Below are positions 27,313-40,388 of a stretch of DNA of 58,395 nucleotides, piece by piece. The translations under genes and the position numbers were made by a program. Source of the DNA: an uncultured bacterium (lineage in GTDB: Bacteria; Acidobacteriota; Thermoanaerobaculia; Thermoanaerobaculales; Sulfomarinibacteraceae); assembly GCA_965533305.1 (NCBI GenBank), contig CBESWV010000001.1, positions 1 to 58,395 of the forward strand, given 5' to 3'. A model generated the notes under the pieces. It worked only from the letters and a program-made list of their open reading frames with translations, was not told the origin of the DNA and searched no databases. Within the stretch, counting starts at the first letter, position 1. Each line of letters opens with the position of its first letter.

Positions 27313-28586
27313 GATCCACCACCAGGGAGGACGGGCCCCGTCGATTCTCGGTTTTCATCACTCGGGTCTTCGGCTGTGGTGGGGTCTCGCAACGCGACAA
27401 GATCGCCGTCTTCGAGTCCGGAGGTGACCACCACCCTCCCGAAGGCAGCGGGTCCGAGTTCGACCTCAGCAGCCACGAATTTTCCCCGTTGCCAGCGGTA
27501 AACAACGGAGGTCCCGTCGAGGCTGCAGATCGCCTGACGGGGAACGGTGATGGCCGAATCGAGGTCGGCAATCGTGATCTCGGCATGGACCCGCGATCCG
27601 GGCTTCATGCGTTCGATATCGGTGCTTTCGAGAGCGAGAACCGTGCGGAAGTACTGGACCGGAACGCGGCGGTTTCTGCGCCCCGCCATGGGATCAATGC
27701 TCTTGAGGGTGGCCGGGTGGGGGACACCGGGGTCGGCCTCGAGCCAGACCGTCGCGGTTTGGCCTGATTCGAGATTACCGGCATCGGCTTCGAGAACAAA
27801 GACCTCTGCCTGCATTTCGGTGAGATCCGGGATCTTGGCGAGGGGACGCCCCGGCCATACCGTGTCGCCGACCCGAACCGGATCCCCGCGCCAATCGCGA
27901 TCCAGCATGACGATGCCTCCGTGTGGGGATCGAACCTCGAGGGCCGCGAGCCCCTCGTCGGCCTGCTGAACCTTGATGTCCGCCTTGCGCCGCTCGATGG
28001 AGAGAAGCGCGATCTCGGCTTCGGAGAGTTGATCTACGATGTCCTGCGACTCGCGGGCGTGGTCGGCCCGGGTTTCGGCGAGCTCGGTGTCGATCTGCGA
28101 TTCGACGATCTCGATCTTCGAGTAGACGAGATTGTCGGTGGACTGAAACTCCCGTGCGACTTCCAACTCCCGATCCGCCACGTCGGCGTCGCGATCGAGC
28201 TTGCTGACGTTGACCTCGCGGGAGGTCTGAGCGCTGCCGAGACGGTGGTCGCTGATCCGTTGGTCGGAAAGCCCGTCCTCACGGTCCTTCTCGAGCTGGC
28301 TCGCATCGAATATCGCGATAACCTCGTTCTCCTCCACGACAGCACCATCCGCCACCAGCCAGGCAAGGGTGAACGGCATTTGCGGTTTCATGGGAGCAGT
28401 GAGTGGGGTGTTTTGGACGGCAGCGAGATTCCCTTCAGCGGTCACTCGTGCTCGAAACTGGCTGCTCTTGACCCTGAGGGTGGGAACCGTGGGACTCGAT
28501 CGGCTGAGAAAGCCCGTAACCACCACAGTGGCGCCGAGCACAATGACGACCAGGGCGAATCCTATCAGCGACGTTCTTCGGGTCAT
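27309..28586 (-). CDS. HlyD-family periplasmic adaptor (membrane fusion protein) 3
   Basis: TM anchor, coiled-coil region and beta-barrel/lipoyl-like motifs. ATG 28586 (MTRRTS) overlaps the upstream stop (ATGA); the longer track start at 28688 is rejected. Confidence 0.75.
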   Translation of the reverse strand: MTRRTSLIGFALVVIVLGATVVVTGFLSRSSPTVPTLRVKSSQFRARVTAEGNLAAVQNTPLTAPMKPQMPFTLAWLVADGAVVEENEVIAIFDASQLEKDREDGLSDQRISDHRLGSAQTSREVNVSKLDRDADVADRELEVAREFQSTDNLVYSKIEIVESQIDTELAETRADHARESQDIVDQLSEAEIALLSIERRKADIKVQQADEGLAALEVRSPHGGIVMLDRDWRGDPVRVGDTVWPGRPLAKIPDLTEMQAEVFVLEADAGNLESGQTATVWLEADPGVPHPATLKSIDPMAGRRNRRVPVQYFRTVLALESTDIERMKPGSRVHAEITIADLDSAITVPRQAICSLDGTSVVYRWQRGKFVAAEVELGPAAFGRVVVTSGLEDGDLVALRDPTTAEDPSDENRESTGPVLPGGGS

Positions 28587-29788
28587 TCTCGTCTCTCCAA
28601 CGAGACCAGATCTCCGGGTTCCAAACCCGCGATGACCTCGACTTGATCCGAGTTGCGATCGCCGAGGACCAGAGGAACGGATCGCCAACCGGTCATGCCG
28701 CGGCTGTAGGCCACGGTGAGTCCCTTGTCGCGGAAGACGGCCTCCACCGGAATCAGGACGACATCGTCGTGACGATCGACCTCGACCTCGCCGCGAACCC
28801 GCATCCCGGGCCGCATCCGTTCGGGGTCGGTTTCCTCGAGGGAGAGGGTGAGGTGAACGATCTTGAGCGGGTTGCGCCAGCTCTTCTCCTGGACGGCCCT
28901 TGAGATGGATTCGACCACCGCGCGGTACTCGTGGTCCGGATGGGCGTCGAGGTGGAGTGAAACCGCCTGGCCTTCACGGATTCGTCCGGCCTCAGCCTCC
29001 TCGACCTCGCCGTCGGCCTCCATCCGGCTGAGATCCGGGATCTCGACCACCCGCTCGGCGACCCAACAGGAGTCGCCCACCTTCTTTTTCTCGTTGCGCC
29101 AGTTGGCGACGTGGATGACGATCCCGTCGCGGGGTGCCGTTCGCTGCATCCGGCCGATCCCGTCCTGAATCTGCTTAACCTCGGACTCGACCTGGGCGAG
29201 GGTCGCCTCGAGTACGCCGAGCTCCTCGTCGCCGGCGCGCCGTGTGGCGTCGATTCTCCTCTTCACGAGGCCCACTTCGAGCCCCGCGAGCTCGAGATCC
29301 AACCGAGCCTTGGCGATCTCGTTGTTCGCCCGGAGCCCGAACGGCTGATCGGCGATGAGGCTTGCCTTTCGGAGTCTGGCCTCGACTTCGGCAAGCGCGA
29401 GGCGATCGTTGGCCACGGTGACCGCGATGTCCACCTTCTTCTTCTCCACTTCGGTGCGGGCGGAGTCGAGGTCGGCCAGCTTGGTCTGGAGACGTTGCTG
29501 GAGCTCCGAAGCGTCGAAGGCGATCACCGGCTGTCCGGTCTTCACCTCGGTTCCCTCATCGGCCATCATGGAGATCTTGAACTGCCACACATCGCGCACC
29601 TGAGGTGGGCCGAGGACCGACGAATCCACCGCTCGCAGGGTTCCGGTGACCTCGACTCCGATCACCAGGTCTCCGCGTTCGGTCCGCCGGCAGCCCGGGG
29701 GCTCGTGCAGCACTGCCCAGATCACTCGTCCCGCAACCAGCAGGATGACGATCGCGCTGATCGCGAGGACGATCCGGCGACGCATCAC
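28583..29788 (-). CDS. HlyD-family periplasmic adaptor 2
   Basis: TM anchor and a long coiled-coil (LQQRLQTKLADLDSARTEVEKKK...). GTG 29788 / ATG 29785 overlaps the stop of adaptor 1. Confidence 0.75.
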   Translation of the reverse strand: MMRRRIVLAISAIVILLVAGRVIWAVLHEPPGCRRTERGDLVIGVEVTGTLRAVDSSVLGPPQVRDVWQFKISMMADEGTEVKTGQPVIAFDASELQQRLQTKLADLDSARTEVEKKKVDIAVTVANDRLALAEVEARLRKASLIADQPFGLRANNEIAKARLDLELAGLEVGLVKRRIDATRRAGDEELGVLEATLAQVESEVKQIQDGIGRMQRTAPRDGIVIHVANWRNEKKKVGDSCWVAERVVEIPDLSRMEADGEVEEAEAGRIREGQAVSLHLDAHPDHEYRAVVESISRAVQEKSWRNPLKIVHLTLSLEETDPERMRPGMRVRGEVEVDRHDDVVLIPVEAVFRDKGLTVAYSRGMTGWRSVPLVLGDRNSDQVEVIAGLEPGDLVSLERRE

Positions 29789-31011
29789 GAGGGTCTCTCG
29801 GTGATCCGGGCAAGTTTGGCTCCCTCGGCGAGCCCATCGATGAGGATGCAGCTCTGTGCCGAGCAGGCGCCAATCTCGATCTCTGCCCAGGTTCCCTTGC
29901 GAAGGAATGCGCGGGGAGGCTCCGAGACGAGATCGACGGCGGATCTGGGAATTAGAAGACTTTCTTCGGCCCGCGCCTCGATCTCCACCAGTACCGACAT
30001 CCCGGGCACGAGAAGGGCCTCGCCAAAGTCGTTCCCGATCTCGATGGTCACGTCAAATCCGCGTCGTTCGGAGAAGATCCTCTGCTCGCGGGCGATGGGG
30101 GTGATCTCAGTGATCCGTCCCTCGAGGTGGAGACCGGGTTCGATGTCCGGGGTACAACGTGCAGCGAGGCCTGGTTCGAGGCGTCCGTCATCGACATCGC
30201 TCAAAGTGGCTCGCACCTGGAGTCGCTTGAGATCAGGGATTCTGAGAACCGTCCAACCCTGAAAGAGGGTGTCGCCGACTTGGTACTTGCGGTCTTCCCA
30301 GGGGTGTTCATCAACGACAATGATCCCGTCGCGCGGTGCGGTCAGCACCAGCGCCTTGAGCGCCTCCTCGGCAACCGTCAACTCGCGCTCCACCTTGAGG
30401 TACTGCTCCTCGCCGACTTGATTTTCGGACTCCACCGCGGTTGCGGTGGAGTGCAGATCGGCCAGCGCTTTTTCGTGATCCGCCCGGGCCTTGGTCGCAG
30501 CGAGCTTGACCCTGCTGTGGTCGTATCGACTCCGGATCGATTCCGGAACGGAGGCATCGATCTCGGCCTTGGCAAGGGTGATGCGTGTTCGCTCGACCGC
30601 CGCTTCTGCCTCGCGAAGTCGAGCCTCTCCCTGGGCGCGAGTCTGGAGCAGCGTCCTCCGGCTCCGTTGTACGGCGGTGCGTTGCTGGTCCAGGTTGGCA
30701 GTGAAGGAGGAGTTGTCGAACTCGAGAACGGTGTCTCCCTCGGCGACCATCGCGCCGTCGGGTGCCAACCATTGGATTTGGAGACGGTGCTCGCTGGTTC
30801 GGGGAACCTTGATCTCGGCGCCCTCGATCGCTTCCAGGACTCCGGTCAACAGGTGGCGTTCGACCAGAGTTCCTCGGGAGACACGAAGATCCGCAGGGGA
30901 GGAGACCGCGCCTCGGTCCCGACCACAGCCGACGGTTCCACACACCACGCTCATGACGAACATCGCGAGCACGAGCCCGAAACCTTGTTGAGATTGTCGT
31001 TTCATGATCAC
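29785..31011 (-). CDS. HlyD-family periplasmic adaptor 1 (possible lipoprotein)
   Basis: Signal or lipobox-like N-terminus (VMSVVCGTVGC), with coiled-coil and beta-barrel segments paralogous to the next two genes. Confidence 0.75.
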   Translation of the reverse strand: MIMKRQSQQGFGLVLAMFVMSVVCGTVGCGRDRGAVSSPADLRVSRGTLVERHLLTGVLEAIEGAEIKVPRTSEHRLQIQWLAPDGAMVAEGDTVLEFDNSSFTANLDQQRTAVQRSRRTLLQTRAQGEARLREAEAAVERTRITLAKAEIDASVPESIRSRYDHSRVKLAATKARADHEKALADLHSTATAVESENQVGEEQYLKVERELTVAEEALKALVLTAPRDGIIVVDEHPWEDRKYQVGDTLFQGWTVLRIPDLKRLQVRATLSDVDDGRLEPGLAARCTPDIEPGLHLEGRITEITPIAREQRIFSERRGFDVTIEIGNDFGEALLVPGMSVLVEIEARAEESLLIPRSAVDLVSEPPRAFLRKGTWAEIEIGACSAQSCILIDGLAEGAKLARITERPS

Positions 31012-31074
31012 GACTATTCTACGTGATCGCAGCAGCGAGAGTTTATGACTTTCGAGTCGATCTGCAGAAAAGGC

Positions 31075-32472
31075 TCAGCCGTGGATCGCCCGCTTGTCCA
31101 CCGCGAGAGCGGCTTCTTTGACCGCCTCGGCCAGGGTCGGGTGAGCGTGACAGGTCCGGGCGAGATCCTCGGCGGAGGCGCGCATCTCCATCGCCATGGC
31201 AGCCTCGGCGATGAGTTCGGAGACCCGCGGACCCACCATGTGAACCCCGAGAATCTCGTCGGTCTCCTTGTGAGCGAGAATTTTCACCATTCCGGTCTCG
31301 TTGCCCAGGCTCTTGGCCCTTCCGTTTGCTTTGAACATGAAGCGACCGGTATTGAACGGAATCCCGGCATCTTTGAGTTCTGCCTCGGTGCGGCCGACCG
31401 CGGCGAGCTCGGGGTCGGTATAGACCACATTGGGAATCACGTGATAGTTGACGTGGGCGGGCATTCCGGCCAAGTGTTCGGCGACAGCCATGCCTTCGTC
31501 CTCGGCCTTGTGCGCGAGCATGGGCCCCCGCACCAGATCGCCGATGGCGTAAACCCCCTCCACACTGGTCTGGAGATGATCATCGACCTCGACCCGACCG
31601 CTGTCATCGAGCTTGACCCCGATCTTGTCGAGGCTGGCGCCGTTTGTCACCGGGCGGCGCCCGACAGCCACGAGAACGCGGTCGCAATCGATGGTCTGGG
31701 TCCCGGTCTTGGCGTTCTCCACGGTGAGCTTGACCTTGGTCTTCATCACCTTGGCGGCGGTGACCGCGGTTCCCAGGAGGATCTCGAGACCCTGGTCGGA
31801 GAGTGCTCGCTCGAGGGTCTTGGCCATTTGTTTGTCGGCGAAAGGAGTGATGGTCGGAAGCATCTCGATGACGGTGACCCGCGCGCCGAGACGACGCCAT
31901 ACGCTGCCGAGTTCGAGTCCCACGGCTCCGGCGCCGATGACGACGAGGTGTTTGGGAACCGAGTCAAAGCCGAGGGCCTCGGTGGAGGAGACCACCCGAT
32001 CTCCGTCGATGGGCAGGAAGGGGAGGTCGATGACGGTGGAGCCCATGGCGAGGCAGATGTGCTTTGCCTCGAGTTCGGTCTCGCCGTCGGCGCCGTGGAC
32101 AACGACTTTGTCCGCTGCGCTGAGCTCGCCGCGTCCGGCGAAGACCTGCACCTTGTTCTTCTTCATCAGCATGGCGACGCCGCCGGTGAGTTCGCCGACG
32201 ATGCGGTCCTTCCGCGCCATCATGGCTTCCAGATCGAGGCCGATGTCGCCGATGACGACCCCGTGGTCGCCGGCATGGTTCATGGTCTCTTCGAAGACTT
32301 CCGATGACTCGAGCAGCGCCTTGGACGGAATACAACCGACGTTGAGACAGGTGCCGCCCAGGGTTGCGCGCTCTTCGACGAGGGCGACCTTCATCCCCAG
32401 TTGGGCTGCGCGGATGGCGCAGACATAACCGCCGGGGCCGGCGCCGATGACGACCAGGTCGAAGTTCTCCAT
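31075..32472 (-). CDS. lpdA: Dihydrolipoyl dehydrogenase (E3)
   Basis: VVIGAGPGGY FAD motif, redox-active GGTCLNVGCIPSK, and the C-terminal HAHPTLAEA interface motif. Confidence 0.92.
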   Translation of the reverse strand: MENFDLVVIGAGPGGYVCAIRAAQLGMKVALVEERATLGGTCLNVGCIPSKALLESSEVFEETMNHAGDHGVVIGDIGLDLEAMMARKDRIVGELTGGVAMLMKKNKVQVFAGRGELSAADKVVVHGADGETELEAKHICLAMGSTVIDLPFLPIDGDRVVSSTEALGFDSVPKHLVVIGAGAVGLELGSVWRRLGARVTVIEMLPTITPFADKQMAKTLERALSDQGLEILLGTAVTAAKVMKTKVKLTVENAKTGTQTIDCDRVLVAVGRRPVTNGASLDKIGVKLDDSGRVEVDDHLQTSVEGVYAIGDLVRGPMLAHKAEDEGMAVAEHLAGMPAHVNYHVIPNVVYTDPELAAVGRTEAELKDAGIPFNTGRFMFKANGRAKSLGNETGMVKILAHKETDEILGVHMVGPRVSELIAEAAMAMEMRASAEDLARTCHAHPTLAEAVKEAALAVDKRAIHG

Positions 32473-32475
32473 GGC

Positions 32476-33750
32476 TCAGACCTCCAACAGCATACGTTCG
32501 GGATTCTCGAGGCAGTCGACGATCCGCTTGAGAAACGTCACGGCCTCCTTGCCGTCAATGAGCCGATGATCATACGACACGGCCAAGTTCATCATGGGAC
32601 GGATCGCGATCTCGTCATCGACCACGATTGGGCGTTTTTTGATGCTGTGCATCCCCAGAATCGCGCTGCCCGGCGGGTTCAGAATCGGTGTCGAGAGCAG
32701 CGATCCGAAGATGCCGCCATTGGTGATGGTGAAGACCGCGCCCTGAAGATCGGCGATGCCGAGGGTCCGATCTCTGGCCTTGGCCGCGAGATCGCCGATG
32801 GCGGCTTCGACACCGGCCACAGACAGACGATCCGCATCTCTGATGACGGGAACCACAAGGCCATGCTCGCTACTGACCGCAATGCCGATATCGTAGTAGT
32901 GGTTGTTGATGATTTCATCGCCTTCGATAAAGGCGTTGACGTCGGGAACGGTCTTGAGCCCGTCGACGACGGCTTTGACAAAGAAGGACATGAAACCGAG
33001 CTTGACCCCGTGCTTCTGCACAAAGCTGTCTTTGTACTCAGAACGCAGCGTAATGATCCGGCTCATGTCGACCTCATTGAAAGTCGTGAGCATGGCGGTG
33101 GTTTGTTGGACCTCGACCAGCCGCTCGGCCAGGCGCTTGCGAAGACGTGACATGGGTTTCCGGCTCTGTCTCTGTCCGGCGTCTAAGACGGCGACTGGTT
33201 TCGGAGCCGAAGTGGGCGCCTTTGGCACTTCCCGGGGGACTTCCGATGCCGTTTCCGGTGCGGGCGCCTGCTCCTTCATGAAGGCCAGGACATCACCCTT
33301 GAGAATCCGACCGTCTTTGCCCGTGCCCTCGATGGCGGATGGGTCGAGCGCGTGCTCCACGACGAGACGACGCACCGCCGGAGACAGTTGATCCAACCCA
33401 GCGGCATCGGTTGGGGCTGTCGCCCGCACGGGCGACTCGTCGGCCTCTGCCCGAGCAGGAGCTGCCGGTGGTTCGGCGGATTCCGTCGGAGTTGCCGCCG
33501 GCGATTCTCCAGCCCCGTCCGGATCGATCCGCGCGACGACCTGACCGACCTCGACGGTTTCGCCTTCGGCGACGAGGATCTCGAGCCTGCCGGCGACCTC
33601 CGCGGTCACATTCATGGTGATCTTGTCGGTTTCAAGTACGAGGAGGGGTTCCTCCGCCGCGACCGTAGCGCCGTCCTTCTGCGACCACTCGGCGAGGAAT
33701 CCTTCGGTAATGGACTCGCCGATTTCGGGGATTTTGACGTCAACCGCCAT
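32476..33750 (-). CDS. sucB: Dihydrolipoyllysine-residue succinyltransferase (E2 of 2-oxoglutarate dehydrogenase)
   Basis: Lipoyl domain ([10 protein letters not shown]), E3-binding domain, and catalytic YDHRLIDG motif. ATG 33750 has a GGAGG RBS. Confidence 0.9.
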   Translation of the reverse strand: MAVDVKIPEIGESITEGFLAEWSQKDGATVAAEEPLLVLETDKITMNVTAEVAGRLEILVAEGETVEVGQVVARIDPDGAGESPAATPTESAEPPAAPARAEADESPVRATAPTDAAGLDQLSPAVRRLVVEHALDPSAIEGTGKDGRILKGDVLAFMKEQAPAPETASEVPREVPKAPTSAPKPVAVLDAGQRQSRKPMSRLRKRLAERLVEVQQTTAMLTTFNEVDMSRIITLRSEYKDSFVQKHGVKLGFMSFFVKAVVDGLKTVPDVNAFIEGDEIINNHYYDIGIAVSSEHGLVVPVIRDADRLSVAGVEAAIGDLAAKARDRTLGIADLQGAVFTITNGGIFGSLLSTPILNPPGSAILGMHSIKKRPIVVDDEIAIRPMMNLAVSYDHRLIDGKEAVTFLKRIVDCLENPERMLLEV

Positions 33751-33815
33751 AGCTACCTCCACGCGCCTTGAGTACATCGATCTGAAGATTCTGGGTATTT
33801 CAACGTGATGGCCGG

Positions 33816-36551
<2,736 letters not shown>

Positions 36552-36713
36552 CCTGAGTTGCTCCTTCGCGAACGAGTCTCCGCTACCGAGTTTTCAACAG
36601 CGATGCCTCAAGGATTATGCCATTTCTGGGTCCAAAAAGCCGGTTCCGGTCACGGGGGCCGAAAACTGAACCTCGGCCGCCGCTTTCCCGTTAGACTATC
36701 CGGAGGGGGAGTC

Positions 36714-37496
36714 ATGGCCAAAACATCGACCGTTGTCTGGAGCCTCATCGGTACCGTGATCGCTGTTCTCGGCATCCTGGGTCTGATCTACGGACCCGAC
36801 ATGTACCGCCAGGGCAAGGCGCTGGTCGGACCCATCGTCGACATTGCCCAATCCGAGGAGCGTCTCACCGAGATGAACAATGAGATTCCCTTCGACGAGC
36901 CCTCGGACGGAACCATCAGTAACGATCGCTTCACCGTCTTCCTCGACATCCGGCGTGATCTCCTTCCCCGCTATCTCGAGTGGCAGGCGATCGAACGGCA
37001 GCTCGAACAGGGCGAGCCGGAGGATTGGGAAACCGGGATGGAGGTTCTCAAGGCGATCCAGGGTGCGATGACGATGCAGATCGAGACCCTGCGGAAGCAC
37101 GGGATGTCGCCGGCCGAGTTCATTTGGATCGAGGATTCAACCTATGTGAACTGGGCGGAACATGTGACCGACGTGATAGATGGGAGCATCGTGTCCGAAA
37201 AGCTGCGCGAAACCGCGGTTTCCGATATGGAGGCCCTGGCCGATCTCGAACGGCGGTATGGATCTTCGCGAGCCACCAGAGAGTTCGCGGCTGTTCTCGA
37301 TGCCCGGCTGGATTCCCTCGACAACCCGGGTGCACCAATGGTCGAGGGTGTGCCGGAGGCGAATTCCACACTTTTCTGGGACCATCGCGACGAGATCGTC
37401 GAACTCGATCTTGCCAGGTACAGCGAACTCCACGACATCATCCGAGGCAACAACAACGTCAACATCAACATCCACGGTCAAGCGGACGAGGACTAG
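36714..37496 (+). CDS. Hypothetical membrane-anchored protein
   Basis: GGAGGGGGAG RBS then ATG 36714. One N-terminal TM helix and an acidic helical body. No family recognised. Confidence 0.5.
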   Translation: MAKTSTVVWSLIGTVIAVLGILGLIYGPDMYRQGKALVGPIVDIAQSEERLTEMNNEIPFDEPSDGTISNDRFTVFLDIRRDLLPRYLEWQAIERQLEQGEPEDWETGMEVLKAIQGAMTMQIETLRKHGMSPAEFIWIEDSTYVNWAEHVTDVIDGSIVSEKLRETAVSDMEALADLERRYGSSRATREFAAVLDARLDSLDNPGAPMVEGVPEANSTLFWDHRDEIVELDLARYSELHDIIRGNNNVNINIHGQADED

Positions 37497-37509
37497 GGCG
37501 TCCTCCCGC

Positions 37510-38901
37510 TCAGTCCTTTGAAGGCAACCACTCCGGTCGCGAGACGCCGAGGGCGTGAAACCGCTCCCAAAGGGCGGGCGTTGCAGCTCTGGCCTCGTCG
37601 GCGATGATCACCGGATCAACAGCGGCGAGCCGGTGGTCTTCCATGACGACTCGCCCGCGTGCAATCGTGTGACGCACGGGTGACCCGGCGAGCCCGTAAA
37701 CCATTTGCGCAAAAACATTTTCGGGATTCAGCGGGGTCGGCGGCGCCTGGTCGAGAGCACAGAGATCGGCGGGCGCACCGACCTCGAGGCAACCGAGCTG
37801 GGGCTCATCGAGGAACCTCCCTGCGACCTCAGCGTTGACGGCGAGCATCTCCGGAACGACGGTGAAACCCGCCGTAGGATCCCGCCGACCGCCGCGGACA
37901 CCGAGGAAGGCGGCGCGCAGGGATCCGAGGATGGTCGACGACATCCCATCGGTGCCGAGCCCGATCCGACAGCCATCGGCCGCGGCACCGTCGAGGTCGA
38001 GCCGTCCGACGCCGTTGTTGGCGTTGGACTCGGGGTTGTGAATGATGACCGCACCACGATCCGCGAGAAGCCGGCGATCATCGCTGCCGAGGTGAATGCA
38101 GTGAACCGCCAGCGTGCGATCGTCGATGAATCCCCAGCGTTCGAGCCGTTGCACGGGGCCGTTGTCGTAGACCACCTTGGACACTCTGAGATCGATGGGA
38201 TCCTCCGCGACGTGGATGTGGCAACCCATCCCGGCGAGGCGTGAATCGGTGGCCGCCTGAAGGGTTTCATCATCCACAGTGAAGCTGGCGTGAAAGCCGA
38301 GCATCCCACGGATCCTGGCATCATCGCGACGACTCGCGAAGAATGCGAGGTTTTCTTCCAGACCCTCGAGTGCGCCGTCGTGGCCGTTGCGATCGGTGAT
38401 CTCGTAGCACAGAACGGCTGAGAGTCCGGCGCGGTCCACCGCTTGGGCAATGATCTCCAGACTGCCGCCGATCAGCGTCGGCGACGCGTGGTGGTCAAAG
38501 ACCGTGGTGACCCCCCAGCGGATCGACTCGGCAAGTGCCAACTCGGCGGAAATGCGGATGGTATCCGCGTCAAGTGCGCGATCAAGCCGCCACCACAACC
38601 CGTCGAGGATCTCGCCGAAGTCGCCCATTTGCCGGCCCGGGTCCAGCCCGCGCGCGAGGCTCGAGTAGAAGTGGTGGTGAAGGTTGACCAGGCCGGGAAG
38701 GACAAGACCGCCATGGCCGTCGAGGATTCGGGCGTTCGGGTACTTTCCGGTGATCTCGGAAGCGTCTCCGAGATCGAGGATTCGATCTCCCTGCCACGCC
38801 ACGGCGCCGTCGGTGAGTACGCGGGGCGCCCTGAAAGCCGTGACGATGGTTCCTCCGACAAGAATCGTCACCGGTGGCGAGAATCCGGGATTCTCGTTCA
38901 T
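37510..38901 (-). CDS. ssnA: SsnA-type amidohydrolase (chlorohydrolase/aminohydrolase superfamily)
   Basis: HHHFYSSLARG metal motif, plus LWWRLDRALD and DHHASPTLIGGSL, which resemble E. coli SsnA as I recall it. ATG 38901 overlaps the upstream stop (ATGA). Confidence 0.75.
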   Translation of the reverse strand: MNENPGFSPPVTILVGGTIVTAFRAPRVLTDGAVAWQGDRILDLGDASEITGKYPNARILDGHGGLVLPGLVNLHHHFYSSLARGLDPGRQMGDFGEILDGLWWRLDRALDADTIRISAELALAESIRWGVTTVFDHHASPTLIGGSLEIIAQAVDRAGLSAVLCYEITDRNGHDGALEGLEENLAFFASRRDDARIRGMLGFHASFTVDDETLQAATDSRLAGMGCHIHVAEDPIDLRVSKVVYDNGPVQRLERWGFIDDRTLAVHCIHLGSDDRRLLADRGAVIIHNPESNANNGVGRLDLDGAAADGCRIGLGTDGMSSTILGSLRAAFLGVRGGRRDPTAGFTVVPEMLAVNAEVAGRFLDEPQLGCLEVGAPADLCALDQAPPTPLNPENVFAQMVYGLAGSPVRHTIARGRVVMEDHRLAAVDPVIIADEARAATPALWERFHALGVSRPEWLPSKD

Positions 38902-40292
38902 TCCAGACCTCGTTGGATCCAGCGGCCACAACCCGCCGGGGCAAAGAGCTCACGCCCATCGGGCTTGCGTTCGAATACCGCTTGACCTCGAACATAGGTG
39001 GCTCGGACCCGGCCGGTGAACTCGTGTCCCTCGAACGGCGTGTAGCGGTTGAGGTTGTGCAGTTCGGAACCCACCACCTTCCAACGGACGTTTTCGTCGA
39101 GAACCACGAAGTCGGCATCATAGCCCTCGCGAAACGCACCTTTTCGATCCTCGATGCCGAAGAAGCGGGCGGGATGGGCGGCGGTGAGCTTGACCAGCTG
39201 TTCGAGGGTGATCCGGCCCGCGGAAACTCCCTCAGAATAGAGATAGGGCAGGAGGGTTTCAACACCTGGGACCCCACCGTAGTCGGTCCAGATCGCCCCC
39301 GTATTCTTCTCCTCCGGCCATTGCCCCGGCGCGTGGTCGGTGGCGACGAACGAGATTTCGCGCTCGGCGACGCCCCGCCATAGGCGCTCGCGATCCGCCA
39401 TGGACTTGACCACCGGCGCGGTCTTGAGCAGTGAACCCTGGCTCAGGAAATCGTCCAACGTGAATTGGAGGAAATGGGGACAGGTTTCGGTGCTGATCGC
39501 CACCCCGTCTTTCCGGGCTTCGGTGATGAGGTCGAGGGCGGCGCCGCTCGAAAGGTGGACGATGTGGACCTGCCCGCCGGTCGATCGTGACGCTTCGATG
39601 AGTTCTCTCACCGCCACGACCTCGCCCAAGGTCGGTCGCGAGGCGGCGTAGTCCGCAGGCTCGTTCCCTCCCTGTTGGCGGACCCCGTTTGTGAGTTCGC
39701 GGACAATGGTCGAGTCTTCGGCATGGACCCCGACCGGAATCCCCAACTCCTCGGCAGCGACCAGGACCTCGCGGATCCGGCCATAGTCGAGCGCGGTGAA
39801 GCTCTCCATCCCCGACAGACAATAGACCTTGATCGCCGCGACACCGGCCTCCACGAGATCGGCGAGGTTTGCTCGCCAATCATCGCGGGCCATGGCGTTG
39901 CCCGAGACACCACCCCAAAGCATGAAATCGACATGGGCTTTGGTCTGGATCGCACGGACTTTGGTTGCGAGTGCCTCGGTATCGGTGATGGGTGGCAACG
40001 AGGTGCACGGCATATCGACCACGCAGGTTACGCCGCCCGCCGCGGCAGAGGCGGTGCCGCTGGCGAAGTCCTCACGATGAGTGAACCCCGGATCGTCAAA
40101 ATGAACATGTCCGTCGATGACCCCTGGGAGCGCCAGCGCGCCGCGGAGATTGACCCACTGTTCGCCACCTGCGGCGGTCTCGGTTCCGGCGGGGAGGATC
40201 TCTTCAAAACGGCCGTCATCGACGACGATCTCGACATCCTGAACCTCGTTACCACCCGCGGGAATCCTCATGTTGACGAATCGTGTTCGCAT
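38898..40292 (-). CDS. Cyclic amidohydrolase (allantoinase/dihydroorotase/hydantoinase family)
   Basis: GGAGG RBS then ATG 40292. Motifs: VIDGHVHFDDPG, GTASAAAGGVTCVVDMP, AIKVY (candidate carbamylated Lys), VHAED, HIVHLSS, FVATDHAP. Confidence 0.8.
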   Translation of the reverse strand: MRTRFVNMRIPAGGNEVQDVEIVVDDGRFEEILPAGTETAAGGEQWVNLRGALALPGVIDGHVHFDDPGFTHREDFASGTASAAAGGVTCVVDMPCTSLPPITDTEALATKVRAIQTKAHVDFMLWGGVSGNAMARDDWRANLADLVEAGVAAIKVYCLSGMESFTALDYGRIREVLVAAEELGIPVGVHAEDSTIVRELTNGVRQQGGNEPADYAASRPTLGEVVAVRELIEASRSTGGQVHIVHLSSGAALDLITEARKDGVAISTETCPHFLQFTLDDFLSQGSLLKTAPVVKSMADRERLWRGVAEREISFVATDHAPGQWPEEKNTGAIWTDYGGVPGVETLLPYLYSEGVSAGRITLEQLVKLTAAHPARFFGIEDRKGAFREGYDADFVVLDENVRWKVVGSELHNLNRYTPFEGHEFTGRVRATYVRGQAVFERKPDGRELFAPAGCGRWIQRGLE

Positions 40293-40388
40293 TCAGCCTC
40301 CGTTGGGATCATTGTAATGGGGAGGCCACAGTATCGGGAGACCAATGGTCCTCATCCAATCGCATTCCTGAAACGCGTCGCCAGCCCT

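Noticed and set aside
31045-32307. 420-aa plus-strand ORF, and likewise 34329-35984, 42039-43187, 39675-40790 and 43715-44845
   Set aside because: All are antisense shadows of strongly supported minus-strand genes (lpdA, sucA, ygfK, the amidohydrolase and the GGDEF gene).
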